A DNA stretch of 64,000 nucleotides. Source: an uncultured Alphaproteobacteria bacterium (lineage in GTDB: Bacteria; Pseudomonadota; Alphaproteobacteria; Rs-D84). The translations under genes and the position numbers were made by a program. The stretch is from positions 39,419 through 103,418 of the forward strand of contig CALXMS010000003.1 in NCBI GenBank assembly GCA_944389535.1. The letters are read 5' to 3'. Each line of letters begins with the position of its first letter. Position 1 is the stretch's first letter. Below are positions 9,542 through 19,800 of this stretch, piece by piece. The notes below the pieces were generated by a model. The model did not search any database. It was not told the origin of the DNA and saw only the letters and a program-made list of their open reading frames with translations.

Positions 9542-10411
9542 TTATTGCAACATTTTTGCAACTTCATCTGCCAAATTATCTTCACGCTTTTGAATACCTT
9601 CACCCAAGACAAAATACGCAAAACCAGCCAATTTACCACCAGCTTCTTCAACAACTTGCTTTACTGTCTTTGAAGGGTCCATAACAAATGGTTGTTCTTC
9701 AAGAACGCTTTCTGCGTAATACTTATTTATGCGACCTTGAACCATTTTTTCAACGACCTGCTCTGGTTTGCCAGCGGTTGCACCTGATTCGATAAACACT
9801 TTCTTTTCACGTTCAACGGCTGCTGGATCAACGTCTGCAATTGTCATATATTCAGGTTTGTTTGCGGCAATGTGCATAGCAATTTTATTACCGATTTCAT
9901 CAATTTTATCGGAATTACCGTTTATTGCGACAACCACACCGATTTGCCCCATTCCTGGAACCAAGGCATTGTGAATATAAGAATAAATATGATCGCCAGA
10001 AACTTTAGCGATACGACGCAAATTCATATTTTCACCAATTGTAGAAATCGTAGCGGCAATATCATCTTTTACCGCTTCCATTGTTGCATCAAAGTCCCCT
10101 TTCATTTCTGCGGCTTTTTTTGCGATATCTGCAACCAATTTCTGAAATTTGTCGTTCTTTGCAACAAAGTCTGTTTCAGCGTTAACCTCAACGACACACC
10201 CCATATCATCGCATTTTACAACGGTAACCAAACCAGATGCCGCGACACGCCCAGCTTTTGACGCCGCTTTAACAATACCTTTCTGACGCAACCAATCTGC
10301 CGCCGCTTCAATATCGCCATTGTTTTCGACCAAAGCTTTTTTACAATCCATCATTCCCGCGGATGTTTTTTCGCGCAGTTCTTGAATTAATTTTGCGGTT
10401 ACTTCTGCCAT
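9542..10411 (-). CDS. tsf: Elongation factor Ts
   Basis: The N-terminus reads MAEVTAKLIQELREKTSAGMMDCKKALVENNGDIEAAADWLRQKG, which is the UBA-like EF-Ts N-terminal signature. The gene follows rpsB, as in the conserved operon. Confidence 0.93.
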   Translation of the reverse strand: MAEVTAKLIQELREKTSAGMMDCKKALVENNGDIEAAADWLRQKGIVKAASKAGRVAASGLVTVVKCDDMGCVVEVNAETDFVAKNDKFQKLVADIAKKAAEMKGDFDATMEAVKDDIAATISTIGENMNLRRIAKVSGDHIYSYIHNALVPGMGQIGVVVAINGNSDKIDEIGNKIAMHIAANKPEYMTIADVDPAAVEREKKVFIESGATAGKPEQVVEKMVQGRINKYYAESVLEEQPFVMDPSKTVKQVVEEAGGKLAGFAYFVLGEGIQKREDNLADEVAKMLQ

Positions 10412-10505
10412 TGTAAATCCCCCATAATTATATTTTTATTTTTTATATGCTGATGCGTCTTTTTTATTGACGCATCAACAACTTTGTTCATCAGAAACAG
10501 ATATA

Positions 10506-11366
10506 TTATTTATCTGCCTTTTCTGCTTTTTCCATCATCTTACCGCGACGTTCTGCACGCGCTTCTGAAGTTTTAGATTTCTGACGGGCTTCTTTATCTT
10601 TTACGTCCGCTTCAAAATCTTCCGCGGCGGAATCTGCCATATCAGATTCAACTTTTTTACCGGCTGCCCCACCAAGACGCTTTTCAATACCAGATAAAAT
10701 CGCGTCTACAAACAAATCACAGTACAATTGAGTCGCACGTGCGGCATCATCGTTACCAGGTACCGGATAATCAACCAGTTCTGGATTTGCGTTTGTATCG
10801 CATATGGCTATCGTAGGTATATCCAAAATTTTTGCCTCACGTACCGCATTAATTTCTCTGGGAACGTCAATAACAATCATCGCTTGCGGCGTACCATGCA
10901 TCTCCAAAATACCGCCAAAAATATCGCGCAATTTTTCAACTTCTTTCGTCATAACGCCGACTTCTTTCTTTGTTAAACCAAGTTTATCAGCGTTTTCTAT
11001 ATCTGATTCCATCTTCTTCAGACGACGAATGGATTGTGAAACAGTCGTCCAGTTAGTCAGCATACCACCCAACCAACGATTATTTACATAGAATTGCCCG
11101 CAACGTTCGGCTGCATCTTTAACAATATCTTTTGCTTGATGCTTTGTTGCTACGAATAAAACCTTACCGCCAGCCGCGGAAATAGCTTCCAACGCAACTA
11201 AAGCACGGTGTAATAACGGTGCTGTTTTATTCAAGTTAATAATGTGAATTTTGTCCTTTACACCATAAACATATGGAGTCATTAATGGGTTCCAACGACG
11301 CGTATGATGACCGAAATGTACGCCCGCTTCCATTAATTGTTTCATTGTAAATGTTGGCAATGCCAT
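10506..11366 (-). CDS. rpsB: 30S ribosomal protein S2, with a Lys/Glu/Asp-rich C-terminal extension
   Basis: It carries VHFGHHTRRWNPLM and the rest of the S2 core. About 50 charged residues follow at the C-terminus. Confidence 0.93.
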   Translation of the reverse strand: MALPTFTMKQLMEAGVHFGHHTRRWNPLMTPYVYGVKDKIHIINLNKTAPLLHRALVALEAISAAGGKVLFVATKHQAKDIVKDAAERCGQFYVNNRWLGGMLTNWTTVSQSIRRLKKMESDIENADKLGLTKKEVGVMTKEVEKLRDIFGGILEMHGTPQAMIVIDVPREINAVREAKILDIPTIAICDTNANPELVDYPVPGNDDAARATQLYCDLFVDAILSGIEKRLGGAAGKKVESDMADSAAEDFEADVKDKEARQKSKTSEARAERRGKMMEKAEKADK

Positions 11367-11556
11367 TTTAAAATCCTTTTTTCTGTTGTTATCCTCATCG
11401 TCGGTAAAAAAACCAGATTTCCATCCGGACAGAAATTTTAAACCAAACGACTGTGTTTTTCACGCTCTCGCGCGTAGCCCGATAATAGAATAAATATATA
11501 CAAAAATCAAGAAAAATTTAACAATTATCAATATGCTCGCATAATACATATACGAT

Positions 11557-11585
11557 TTGACAAAAACAATATGTGTATTAAGATA
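11557..11585 (+). promoter_or_regulatory. Candidate sigma70-type promoter upstream of the subtilisin-like gene
   Basis: TTGACA lies at 11557-11562, then a 16-nt spacer, then TAAGAT at 11579-11584. The ATG at 11597 would be nearly leaderless. This is weak evidence. Confidence 0.25.
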
Positions 11586-11596
11586 TTACAAAAATT

Positions 11597-13438
11597 ATGC
11601 GATCATTTTACCAGATTTTTACTGCAGTTATATTTATCACGACGGCGACGTCAAATACACTTGCCGCCAAAGATCAAAGCAAACATGAAAAATGTTATGA
11701 CATAAATTATAAAAAATCTAATCCAGATAAATGCGCATCTTTTTTTAACGTTACGACAGCCCCATTGCTATCAGGCGCAACCGTTTTCGGCGGCGCGTTA
11801 GCCTTAATAAGTATCGCAAACGCAACAAATAACGCTTCAAGTAACCCAACAAAGTATTACCAACCCACTTTACCGACATATAATATGGTTGGCGGTGATG
11901 TAGACTCAATCAAACTGGCTGCAGCAACAAGTACACCAGAATACACGCAAAACATAAATCAATATAATGACATTCGCCTTGGTTATTCAATTGCAAGGGG
12001 TTATACAGGCCTAGGAACAAAGATAGCCATCCTAGACTCAGGTCCTAATACATTTCATGGTTCAGCAGTCGAAGCAATCGCTTCTGGTCCGATAGCAAAA
12101 AATGCAGTTGTTGAATCATATGATATTTTATACAAAAACGAGTTTCTTTCATACGACGAAATTGGAGATGTTATAGCAACAGCTTCTGATGCAGATATAT
12201 TTAACGCCAGTTGGTCCGTATCAATGCAAGCAAATAAACTTAGTTCTCGTAACCAATTAATAAAACTGACCGGTGAAAATTTTGTAAACCAAATATCTGC
12301 AGCGGCACAAAGAGGAGCTATATTTGTATGGGCCGCAGGTAATGACTATGGGGCTCAAAGCAGCGCATTATCTGCCCTTCCGATTGTTATGCCAGAACTA
12401 AACGGTCACTTTGTAAATGTCGTGGCATGGGACAGTGAAACTGGGGCATTAGCGGAATATAGTAACGCTTGTGGTATTACTAAGAACTGGTGTATAACCG
12501 CACCAGGAACAAATATAAATACTGAAAATAATACCATTGTCAGCGGTACAAGTTTTGCTGCGCCGATAGTATCTGCTGCTATCGCAGTAATACGAGAAGC
12601 TTTTCCTTATATGTCTTCTCAAGAAATCACAAGCCTTTTGTTTGAAACGGCTCGTGACTTAGGAGAACCAGGAATAGATGACATTTACGGTCATGGCATG
12701 CTAGATTTAGAACGCGCAACCCGCCCTGTTGGTGCCCCTCTTGTACCAATGGAAGATGGAACGATGCAAATACTACAACCAGCGCGAGTTTCAGGAACGC
12801 TTGCACATAATATATTAAGTGCATCCCCAAAATTGGCATACTTTGATAAATATGGTCGCGCCTTTAACGCGGATTTAAAAGACCTTATTTCAATTAAAAA
12901 TCCGGGAATAGGATTTAAAAGACTGCGCCAAAAATCTGATATAGAAATTATACGTATAAATAACTTTGAAGCAGGTTTAAAAAACAGTGATCTAATAGTT
13001 GGCGACGGTTTCTTAAATAAGCACGGATCAGATTGGTTAGGATTCATCGGAACAAACAATGAGTTTTCTATAGGTACATTCAATTTATTTCAACGGGCGC
13101 GACTATCTTTTGGTACCCCAAAAATTGATGAACAATCAATGATACAATCTTTTTCAAATATATATGCATTATCCTTTGATATAGGTGCTAAAATTACCGA
13201 CTGGTCTTTTGGAATATCAATTCCAGACACAATTATTAATGGAAGCATGGAAATGAGATTACCAATAGGACGGGCAAACGATGGGGCTATAATATACAAA
13301 GATTATAATATAAAAATGAACGGCAGACCACCTATTGAATATTCAATATCATATAAGTCTATTACTGCTAGTTTTGTTGATAATCCGTACGGTACAGATG
13401 AATTCTTTATTCTGACGCGTGGAAAACTTTATTTCTAA
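11597..13438 (+). CDS. Secreted subtilisin-like (S8) serine protease whose C-terminal domain may be an autotransporter-type beta-barrel
   Basis: There is a signal peptide. The catalytic Asp is in AILDSG, the His in HGS, and the Ser in GTSFAAPIVSAAIAV. The ~230-aa C-terminal region is rich in alternating hydrophobic and aromatic residues and ends ...RGKLYF, an OMP-like terminal aromatic. Confidence 0.75.
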   Translation: MRSFYQIFTAVIFITTATSNTLAAKDQSKHEKCYDINYKKSNPDKCASFFNVTTAPLLSGATVFGGALALISIANATNNASSNPTKYYQPTLPTYNMVGGDVDSIKLAAATSTPEYTQNINQYNDIRLGYSIARGYTGLGTKIAILDSGPNTFHGSAVEAIASGPIAKNAVVESYDILYKNEFLSYDEIGDVIATASDADIFNASWSVSMQANKLSSRNQLIKLTGENFVNQISAAAQRGAIFVWAAGNDYGAQSSALSALPIVMPELNGHFVNVVAWDSETGALAEYSNACGITKNWCITAPGTNINTENNTIVSGTSFAAPIVSAAIAVIREAFPYMSSQEITSLLFETARDLGEPGIDDIYGHGMLDLERATRPVGAPLVPMEDGTMQILQPARVSGTLAHNILSASPKLAYFDKYGRAFNADLKDLISIKNPGIGFKRLRQKSDIEIIRINNFEAGLKNSDLIVGDGFLNKHGSDWLGFIGTNNEFSIGTFNLFQRARLSFGTPKIDEQSMIQSFSNIYALSFDIGAKITDWSFGISIPDTIINGSMEMRLPIGRANDGAIIYKDYNIKMNGRPPIEYSISYKSITASFVDNPYGTDEFFILTRGKLYF

Positions 13439-13459
13439 TACCAGAACAAATTGACGCAC

Positions 13460-14380
13460 TTATAATAAAAACTGAGTTATATAATTAAAAGATACCCCCA
13501 TTATCAAATTGCTGCCATAATGTTCGGCCCCCCTGGCTTTTGCAAGTCTATACTGAACATATGGTCCCATAGTAAAACTGCCGAAAATATTCGTATCTAA
13601 TCTAAGCACTGCACTAAAATCACGTTCTAAATCTGTTGTAATATATCTAGAATATGAAAAATATTCACGGTAATAACCGTCTGCAGAAAACTTAACACCT
13701 TCTCTAAGCAAATATTCCAAGCGCCATCCAAATTCTGCGCCGGACTTACTGTTCTGTTGATGCGCATAAGTAAAGTCATATTCATGAACACCTGTTAGAT
13801 ACAAACTTTTTACAATATCATGATCAAACAAAGAAATACCGGCGTTGGAACGAATAATATTCTGCCGAGGTGATTCTTCTCTATCTATAAATTGGGTTTC
13901 ATAAGCGGCACGAACAATTGGACCGAATTTCAAACCAGAAAACTCCCAACATTCATATGATACGTCACTAGAATATAATATTTTATCTGCATTTTCATCA
14001 GTTGTTGCTGGCTCATTATACGGTTTCAAAGTTGTTCTGCCGTATTCCATAAACAAACTATTATCCCATTTAAATTTATTTTTAGTAAATTCCAGAATCG
14101 TATCAAATACACTTTTTATATAATCTTGACTTGTGGCATTTAATGCAGACACAGGCGAGTCTTGATATTCACCAGCGTTTCCAACCTGTGTTTTAGACCA
14201 ATCCAATCCTATTCTGCGAACAGAAAGCTGCAATTTACTTTCTGTATCAGACATACCAAATAAAGGAATTGCCTCTTTTTCATCTGCATCTGTATTTGTA
14301 TCAACATCTGTACCCGCATAAGCAGATACGGAAAGAAAACAAACGAATAAAAATAAGATAAGTTTTTTCAAGACACACAC
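13460..14380 (-). CDS. Hypothetical secreted protein, probably an outer-membrane beta-barrel
   Basis: The signal peptide is MCVLKKLILFLFVCFLSVSAYA. The protein is rich in aromatic residues with alternating amphipathic stretches. No enzymatic motif was recognised. Confidence 0.45.
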   Translation of the reverse strand: MCVLKKLILFLFVCFLSVSAYAGTDVDTNTDADEKEAIPLFGMSDTESKLQLSVRRIGLDWSKTQVGNAGEYQDSPVSALNATSQDYIKSVFDTILEFTKNKFKWDNSLFMEYGRTTLKPYNEPATTDENADKILYSSDVSYECWEFSGLKFGPIVRAAYETQFIDREESPRQNIIRSNAGISLFDHDIVKSLYLTGVHEYDFTYAHQQNSKSGAEFGWRLEYLLREGVKFSADGYYREYFSYSRYITTDLERDFSAVLRLDTNIFGSFTMGPYVQYRLAKARGAEHYGSNLIMGVSFNYITQFLL

Positions 14381-14399
14381 TACCTAACATATACCGGCG

Positions 14400-15014
14400 T
14401 TATTTTATTATATGCAGAATCCCGTTTTGATCTGTATAACGCCACCCTGCTTCTCGTATCGCGATGGTAAAAACCGAACGACGCGAGACGGGAATTTCCA
14501 TTGTTACTTGGTTACCATTTATATATTTGGTAAGAAAATCTATTCCCTCTGCCCTGGCAATCTGATTTAGTTCAATCCAACCTGCAACTTTATCTGTCAT
14601 CGTTACTTGTACAAGAAAAAGATTTTCTGAACTGCCGTCTGTCAACCAATTCTGAACATTATTAGAATTCAACCAAGTCTTTGCAGCATCTTTATCTATC
14701 GTCATTTTTATATTTGCAGAATATGTCGTATCAGATTGTTGTTCGCTATCGATACTAGAAGCAGCGATGATATTAGTAAGCTCTGCAGAAGAAGCGTTTT
14801 TTACCGCTTCTTCAAGTTGATCAGGTATTGAATATTGACCAAGAACATCGGATATAATTTGTCTGCGCGCTTCATCAAACGCTATATTTTTTGCGGTTGC
14901 CGCGGTATCACTTGTAATGTTAACAGATGCCACGCCTGATAAATCCGCACCAAACGCAGTGCAAGACAGCACCGCACTTAAAAATACGCATAAAATATTT
15001 TTAACGTTTGACAT
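14400..15014 (-). CDS. Hypothetical secreted or lipo-protein of 204 aa
   Basis: The N-terminal hydrophobic segment ends VLSCTAFGA, which could be either a lipobox or a signal peptidase I site. No motif was recognised. It sits between two OMP-like genes on the same strand. Confidence 0.4.
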   Translation of the reverse strand: MSNVKNILCVFLSAVLSCTAFGADLSGVASVNITSDTAATAKNIAFDEARRQIISDVLGQYSIPDQLEEAVKNASSAELTNIIAASSIDSEQQSDTTYSANIKMTIDKDAAKTWLNSNNVQNWLTDGSSENLFLVQVTMTDKVAGWIELNQIARAEGIDFLTKYINGNQVTMEIPVSRRSVFTIAIREAGWRYTDQNGILHIIK

Positions 15015-15026
15015 TTAATAACCAAT

Positions 15027-16508
15027 TTAAAATTGCGCGTTTACACCGACACGAATCCCCATAGACTTATAGAATGATTCTATTTCGCCACTCATTGAAC
15101 ATACCCAACCAGGACATTCTGTTTCAAGATTCTTAATATTGATTGCGATCGGATCTCCTGGCGTCCCTTCAACTAAGCCCAGCATTTTATCCTCATCGCC
15201 ACCCCACTTATTTGAATTAAGAATCGTGTTATATAAATCCGTATAATACGTACTATTCAAATATGTTTTTGCGTCGGCACCGCTAACCGAATAATAATCA
15301 TACGTTAAGCCAATTGACAAAGCAACAGAATTTGTTATCGCGGTCGTCCAATTCGCACCCATACCTATATGAAATGCTCCGAACATCCCTGTACTATCTT
15401 CAACGCTCTTCGGATGTGCCCAGTCAAAGCGATAGGGTTGGTCGCCAACAGATTCATAACCAGGCAACCCCAGCTCTACACGACCATTAACTGCATTGTT
15501 CTGATTTATGATATAATCCATATCCAACGCAATGTATGGTCCAGCCCACGTTGTTTCATACGAATGGCTGACACCAGGCTGTTGGTAATAATACGTACTG
15601 GCTGTATCTATGCTATCTATATTTGAACTTGTAATTGGTTGCATCTCATCTGTTATGTTATCACGCCAAATTATCTGTTGCGTACCATCAGAGTAATTTA
15701 TTATTATCGCAGGATCGCACTGTATCTCTCCGTTTACATCGAAACATGCGGCCGTATCAACAGATAAACCATAATTTTTTTCTGTTTCTAGTTTATATTT
15801 CAAGTACCGATAACCTATTGATGGCGTAATTTTGACGTTTCCCCATTTAAAGAAATCTGTTAAACCAAAACCTACGTTAAAGCCCATCATATTACCACCC
15901 TGACTGGTACCAATAGACATTGCGTGCCCAATTTGATCACCTATCTTGCTATTATTATCATCGGCATTTACCCACGTAGTTTGTAAAAAACCACCGTTCG
16001 TAATATCATCGTCATACATGGCAGATTCACCCCACTGCATACCGTACTTCAATCCTGCGTCAACCTGCATTGTTGTATTACCGACATTAAAATAATATCC
16101 CCCAGTAACGTCTAAAACGTTCCAGCCGATATTATCATAACTTAAAATACTACCAGATTGGTTCATTTCCATCTGCCATTGCGAAAATTCGTGGGTTATA
16201 CCTGCGTCTACCCAGAAACCCGATTTTTTTGAGTTCGATGTAGACGCCTGTGAAGACGTTGCAGCTGTGGTTCTTTGCGCCGTGGTCGTAGCTGCAGCGT
16301 TATTATATCTGGACGCATATGATGGCGTCGAATAGTAGTTGCTTGAATAATATGGACTGGTATAGCCTGTTTGACGCTGTGCATAAGTTTGTGACGAGTA
16401 AGACGTTTGCGGAGATTGATAAGAGCCACCAGTATAATATGTCCCTGCCGCATTCGCCATCACAGGTGTAATCGCAGTTAATAAAAACAGAGATATTTTT
16501 TTCATCAT
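15027..16508 (-). CDS. Outer-membrane beta-barrel protein with an N-terminal Tyr/Ser/Thr/Gln-rich low-complexity region
   Basis: The signal peptide is MMKKISLFLLTAITPVMANA. A ~90-aa stretch of Y/S/T/Q low complexity follows (GTYYTGGSYQSPQTSYSSQTY...). The rest is aromatic-rich with alternating strands and ends ...RVGVNAQF, an OMP C-terminal Phe. Confidence 0.55.
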   Translation of the reverse strand: MMKKISLFLLTAITPVMANAAGTYYTGGSYQSPQTSYSSQTYAQRQTGYTSPYYSSNYYSTPSYASRYNNAAATTTAQRTTAATSSQASTSNSKKSGFWVDAGITHEFSQWQMEMNQSGSILSYDNIGWNVLDVTGGYYFNVGNTTMQVDAGLKYGMQWGESAMYDDDITNGGFLQTTWVNADDNNSKIGDQIGHAMSIGTSQGGNMMGFNVGFGLTDFFKWGNVKITPSIGYRYLKYKLETEKNYGLSVDTAACFDVNGEIQCDPAIIINYSDGTQQIIWRDNITDEMQPITSSNIDSIDTASTYYYQQPGVSHSYETTWAGPYIALDMDYIINQNNAVNGRVELGLPGYESVGDQPYRFDWAHPKSVEDSTGMFGAFHIGMGANWTTAITNSVALSIGLTYDYYSVSGADAKTYLNSTYYTDLYNTILNSNKWGGDEDKMLGLVEGTPGDPIAINIKNLETECPGWVCSMSGEIESFYKSMGIRVGVNAQF

Positions 16509-16639
16509 AAATTCCCCTACATTATATTTATCTTACATATTTTATCATAAAAAGGTTGAAAATAAAAATGCTTCTTGCAAGAATTGGCAAAGAAAATATG
16601 TTTTATCTACAAAAAGCTGGTTTGTTTTTTGTAAATGAA

Positions 16640-16726
16640 GCGGATATGGCGAAACTGGTAGACGCGCAGCACTAAGGATGCTGTGGATAAAAATCCTTGG
16701 GGGTTCAAATCCCCCTATCCGCACCA
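16640..16726 (+). tRNA. tRNA-Leu, type II with a long variable arm. A manual fold gives the anticodon as AAG.
   Basis: The acceptor stem is GCGGATA/TATCCGC. The D-arm is GCG-AAACTGGTAGA-CGC. The anticodon stem is CAGCA/TGCTG with loop C-U-A-A-G-G-A. The variable arm is GGAT-AAAA-ATCC. The T-arm is GGGGG-TTCAAAT-CCCCC, and ACCA follows. Confidence 0.85.
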
Positions 16727-16803
16727 AAAAGCAAGAAACTTTTATTTATAAAGTACTTGCTCGACTTTTCTAAAATTTGCTAACATTATTATACATAATA
16801 AGG

Positions 16804-19800
16804 ATGAAAGGATTTAAACTGCTTTTTGCCGGTTGCCTGACATTGTTAGCATTTGCCTTTTATAACTATGCAAATGCCGACGATTCGGTTGATGCTGCGC
16901 GCGCGGCAACGCGCCGTAATACCTCAACGACAGTCGTAAGGCAACAAACAGATATATCTAACGAACAACAGCAACAAAGTCTATCTGGAACTTCGCGTTC
17001 TACCAACCTATCGTCTGTTGGAACGCGCGATCGTAATACCACAACGGCAACAAGGAATAATGCTATTTCACGCGAAATAGGAACGCGTACCTCATCTAAC
17101 GAAACCAATCAATCAGTTTCTGCTCGTACAACTTCAAACGTAACGTCACGTTCTGTAACAGATACGACGAATGTTATATCTTCCCCTTCACGATCCACCA
17201 CACCAAGAAGCACAACAACTATATCCAGGACTGGTACTACCCCTACGCGCAATGCTATAACTTCATCGACAACTGCACGTACAGCTGCGCCAACTGTTTC
17301 ACGCAATGCATCTGTTAATCGTTCAGGCAGCGCAACAAATACAACTGCCATTATTTCTCGTGCCGCAAATACAACGTCTTCTACAACCACATCTCGTGCA
17401 GGAACTTTGACGGCAGAAGAAATAATAAATAGAGACTATACGACGTGTCGCGAAGTCTATTATAGCTGTATGGACGAATTCTGTGCGAATAAAGACAGCC
17501 AATTAAAACGCTGTGCTTGTTCTTCGCGGGTAAACGAATTTGACTCAATTAAAGAGCAGCTTGCACAAGTTGAAGATAAAATGTTAGATTTTAATCAACG
17601 CTTATTAACTGTCAACATGGATAAAGAAGATGCAGAGGCAATATTTCAGGCCACAGAAGGTGAACTGGCTTTCCAGCAAGAAGATAAATCCGAATCAAAA
17701 AAATTATTAGACGAAATTGCGAACAAACTAAATACAACTTTTGACACCAGTACTTTTGATTCTAATCTATCACCCATATCTCTTTCATTAAACGTGGACG
17801 CCGCATTTGATAGCGTTGATTCTTTAGCCGGCGCATCTACAACAACAAAATCTGGTACGGCACTATACAGCGCAGCATTACCAATATGCAGGGAAATGGC
17901 ACTAGAAGTATGTACTCAAGACGAACTAGACATCATTGAAAGTGGTTATCAAATGGCCATAGAACAGGATTGCAATACGGTTGCCAAAGCATATGAAACA
18001 CAACAAGATTTGGCGCGGGAACAAATTCGCGAAGGAAGTGCTCTTTTAGATATGTCCCGTTTAGATATATATCAGAAACGTAACTCTGATGACATACTTA
18101 CATGTAAAAAGAAAATGTTAGATATGCTTACGAACACGGCAGTATGCGGAACAGATTTACAGAAATGCTTGGACATCAGTGGACAGTATATCGATCCATC
18201 TACGGGTGAGGCAATCCTTACGGTTAATTTAGTTAATTTGGGTAACCTGATAACACGTCCCAGCGCAGATCAAACATGGACGAACACACCTGGGAATGAA
18301 AAGTTCGTATCATATTTAAATTCAAAAAAGCTATTTTTAGAATCCGCAACGGAAAACTGTCAAGATATCGCAGATTATGTATGGGACGAATTTATAGAAG
18401 ATGCATTAGCCCAAATAAAATTAGCTCAAGAAAGCAAATTGGAAGAAGTTAGACAAAGTTGTACAACATTGACAACACAATGTTTAACAGAATCGGCGGA
18501 ATCATTAGAAGATTTTGATGCTCGTGCACTATCTATTTTCGGCGTAGAAGCCGATAAGACAGTAAAACAAATGTGTTCAGAGGTTCAAACCGCTTGTACT
18601 GCATTGCTTGATACCGTTGATGGAGGATATGACTGGAGTACCGGTATAACAGAAATTGCCACAGATAAAACCTATGAAACTATATTACAAACATGCCGAG
18701 AAGTTGGACGAGCATGCATAATACAATCTTGTAAATCTATATCTGGTAATTTTGGTTTATGCGAAAACATTCAAACTTCTGTTAACAGAAAATCTATAAT
18801 TAACCGTACAGCATGTTGGGAAGAGGTACTTGAATGTGTTGAAAGTGCTGGTATAGATTCAATAAACAAAATAACAGAACTGCAGCTAAATCATTTGGAT
18901 GAATTTAATAGGTCCTTTTACACAGAGTTATATGGTGTCTATACCGCACAAGATATAACTAATGACGAATTAAATGCTGGGTTTGATATCTCTCAATCAT
19001 GTATTATCGGCGATAACGGTAATTGCATATATGATATATGCGCAAATGAATGCGGTTTTAACGCAGAAACTTCAACATACAGCAAAATTACATCTAACGA
19101 CTGTCAGGTATGTCGTTTAGCCGAAAAAGTTTGGGGTAATTGTGAGGCTCATCCGACGGCCAACTTACAGGCAAGCGAATCGCATAACAAAATTAAAATA
19201 CCAATTGATAGCACACAAGATACTTTATTATCTTGGTTTGCAAAAAATACAAATACAGAAAATGCAGACGATAGCTGTCGTGATACTTCTTGTGGCCCGG
19301 GATACATATCTTCTTGGGATTCAGAAAAACAAACTTCTGTATGTGTACCGCGCTCTCAGTTATCAGATGACGGTCTAATCTGTTCTTCAGATACCTATTG
19401 GCGCTTAAATATAAACGGATATAACAATTGTTGTCGTACGTCCAGTGGGTCAACTGGTGGCGCACGCGATGGTTTTGGAAATTGCTGTTTAGGTTCAACC
19501 ATCGGTGCAGAAACGAATACCATAGCAGGTGTTAATTGGGAAACAACAACAGGATATTGGAACCGTAACGCTGTTTCAACTGAACTGCCAAGAAAGACAG
19601 ATGAAGTACAGGGAACTTTGGCGCCGAATAAAAACGGAGGGCTCTGTTTACCGTCTACCTCAAAATTTGTTATGGCATTTCCATTAACGGACTCATATTA
19701 TGGTGACTCTGGTATCGGGTTCTTGTTCTGTACTGGAACAATACGTGATATAACCAATCAAACATCTACTTTCCCAAGCGGACAAACGGTACAATGTAAT

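Noticed and set aside
16545-16727. 60-aa minus-strand ORF
   Set aside because: It overlaps the plus-strand tRNA-Leu gene (16640-16726) antisense, so it is spurious.
16866-17390. Two long minus-strand ORFs (80 and 93 aa) rich in V/R/E
   Set aside because: They are antisense to the T/R/S-rich low-complexity region of Cys-rich family member 1, so they are compositional artefacts. The same applies to 50814-51029 antisense to member 4.
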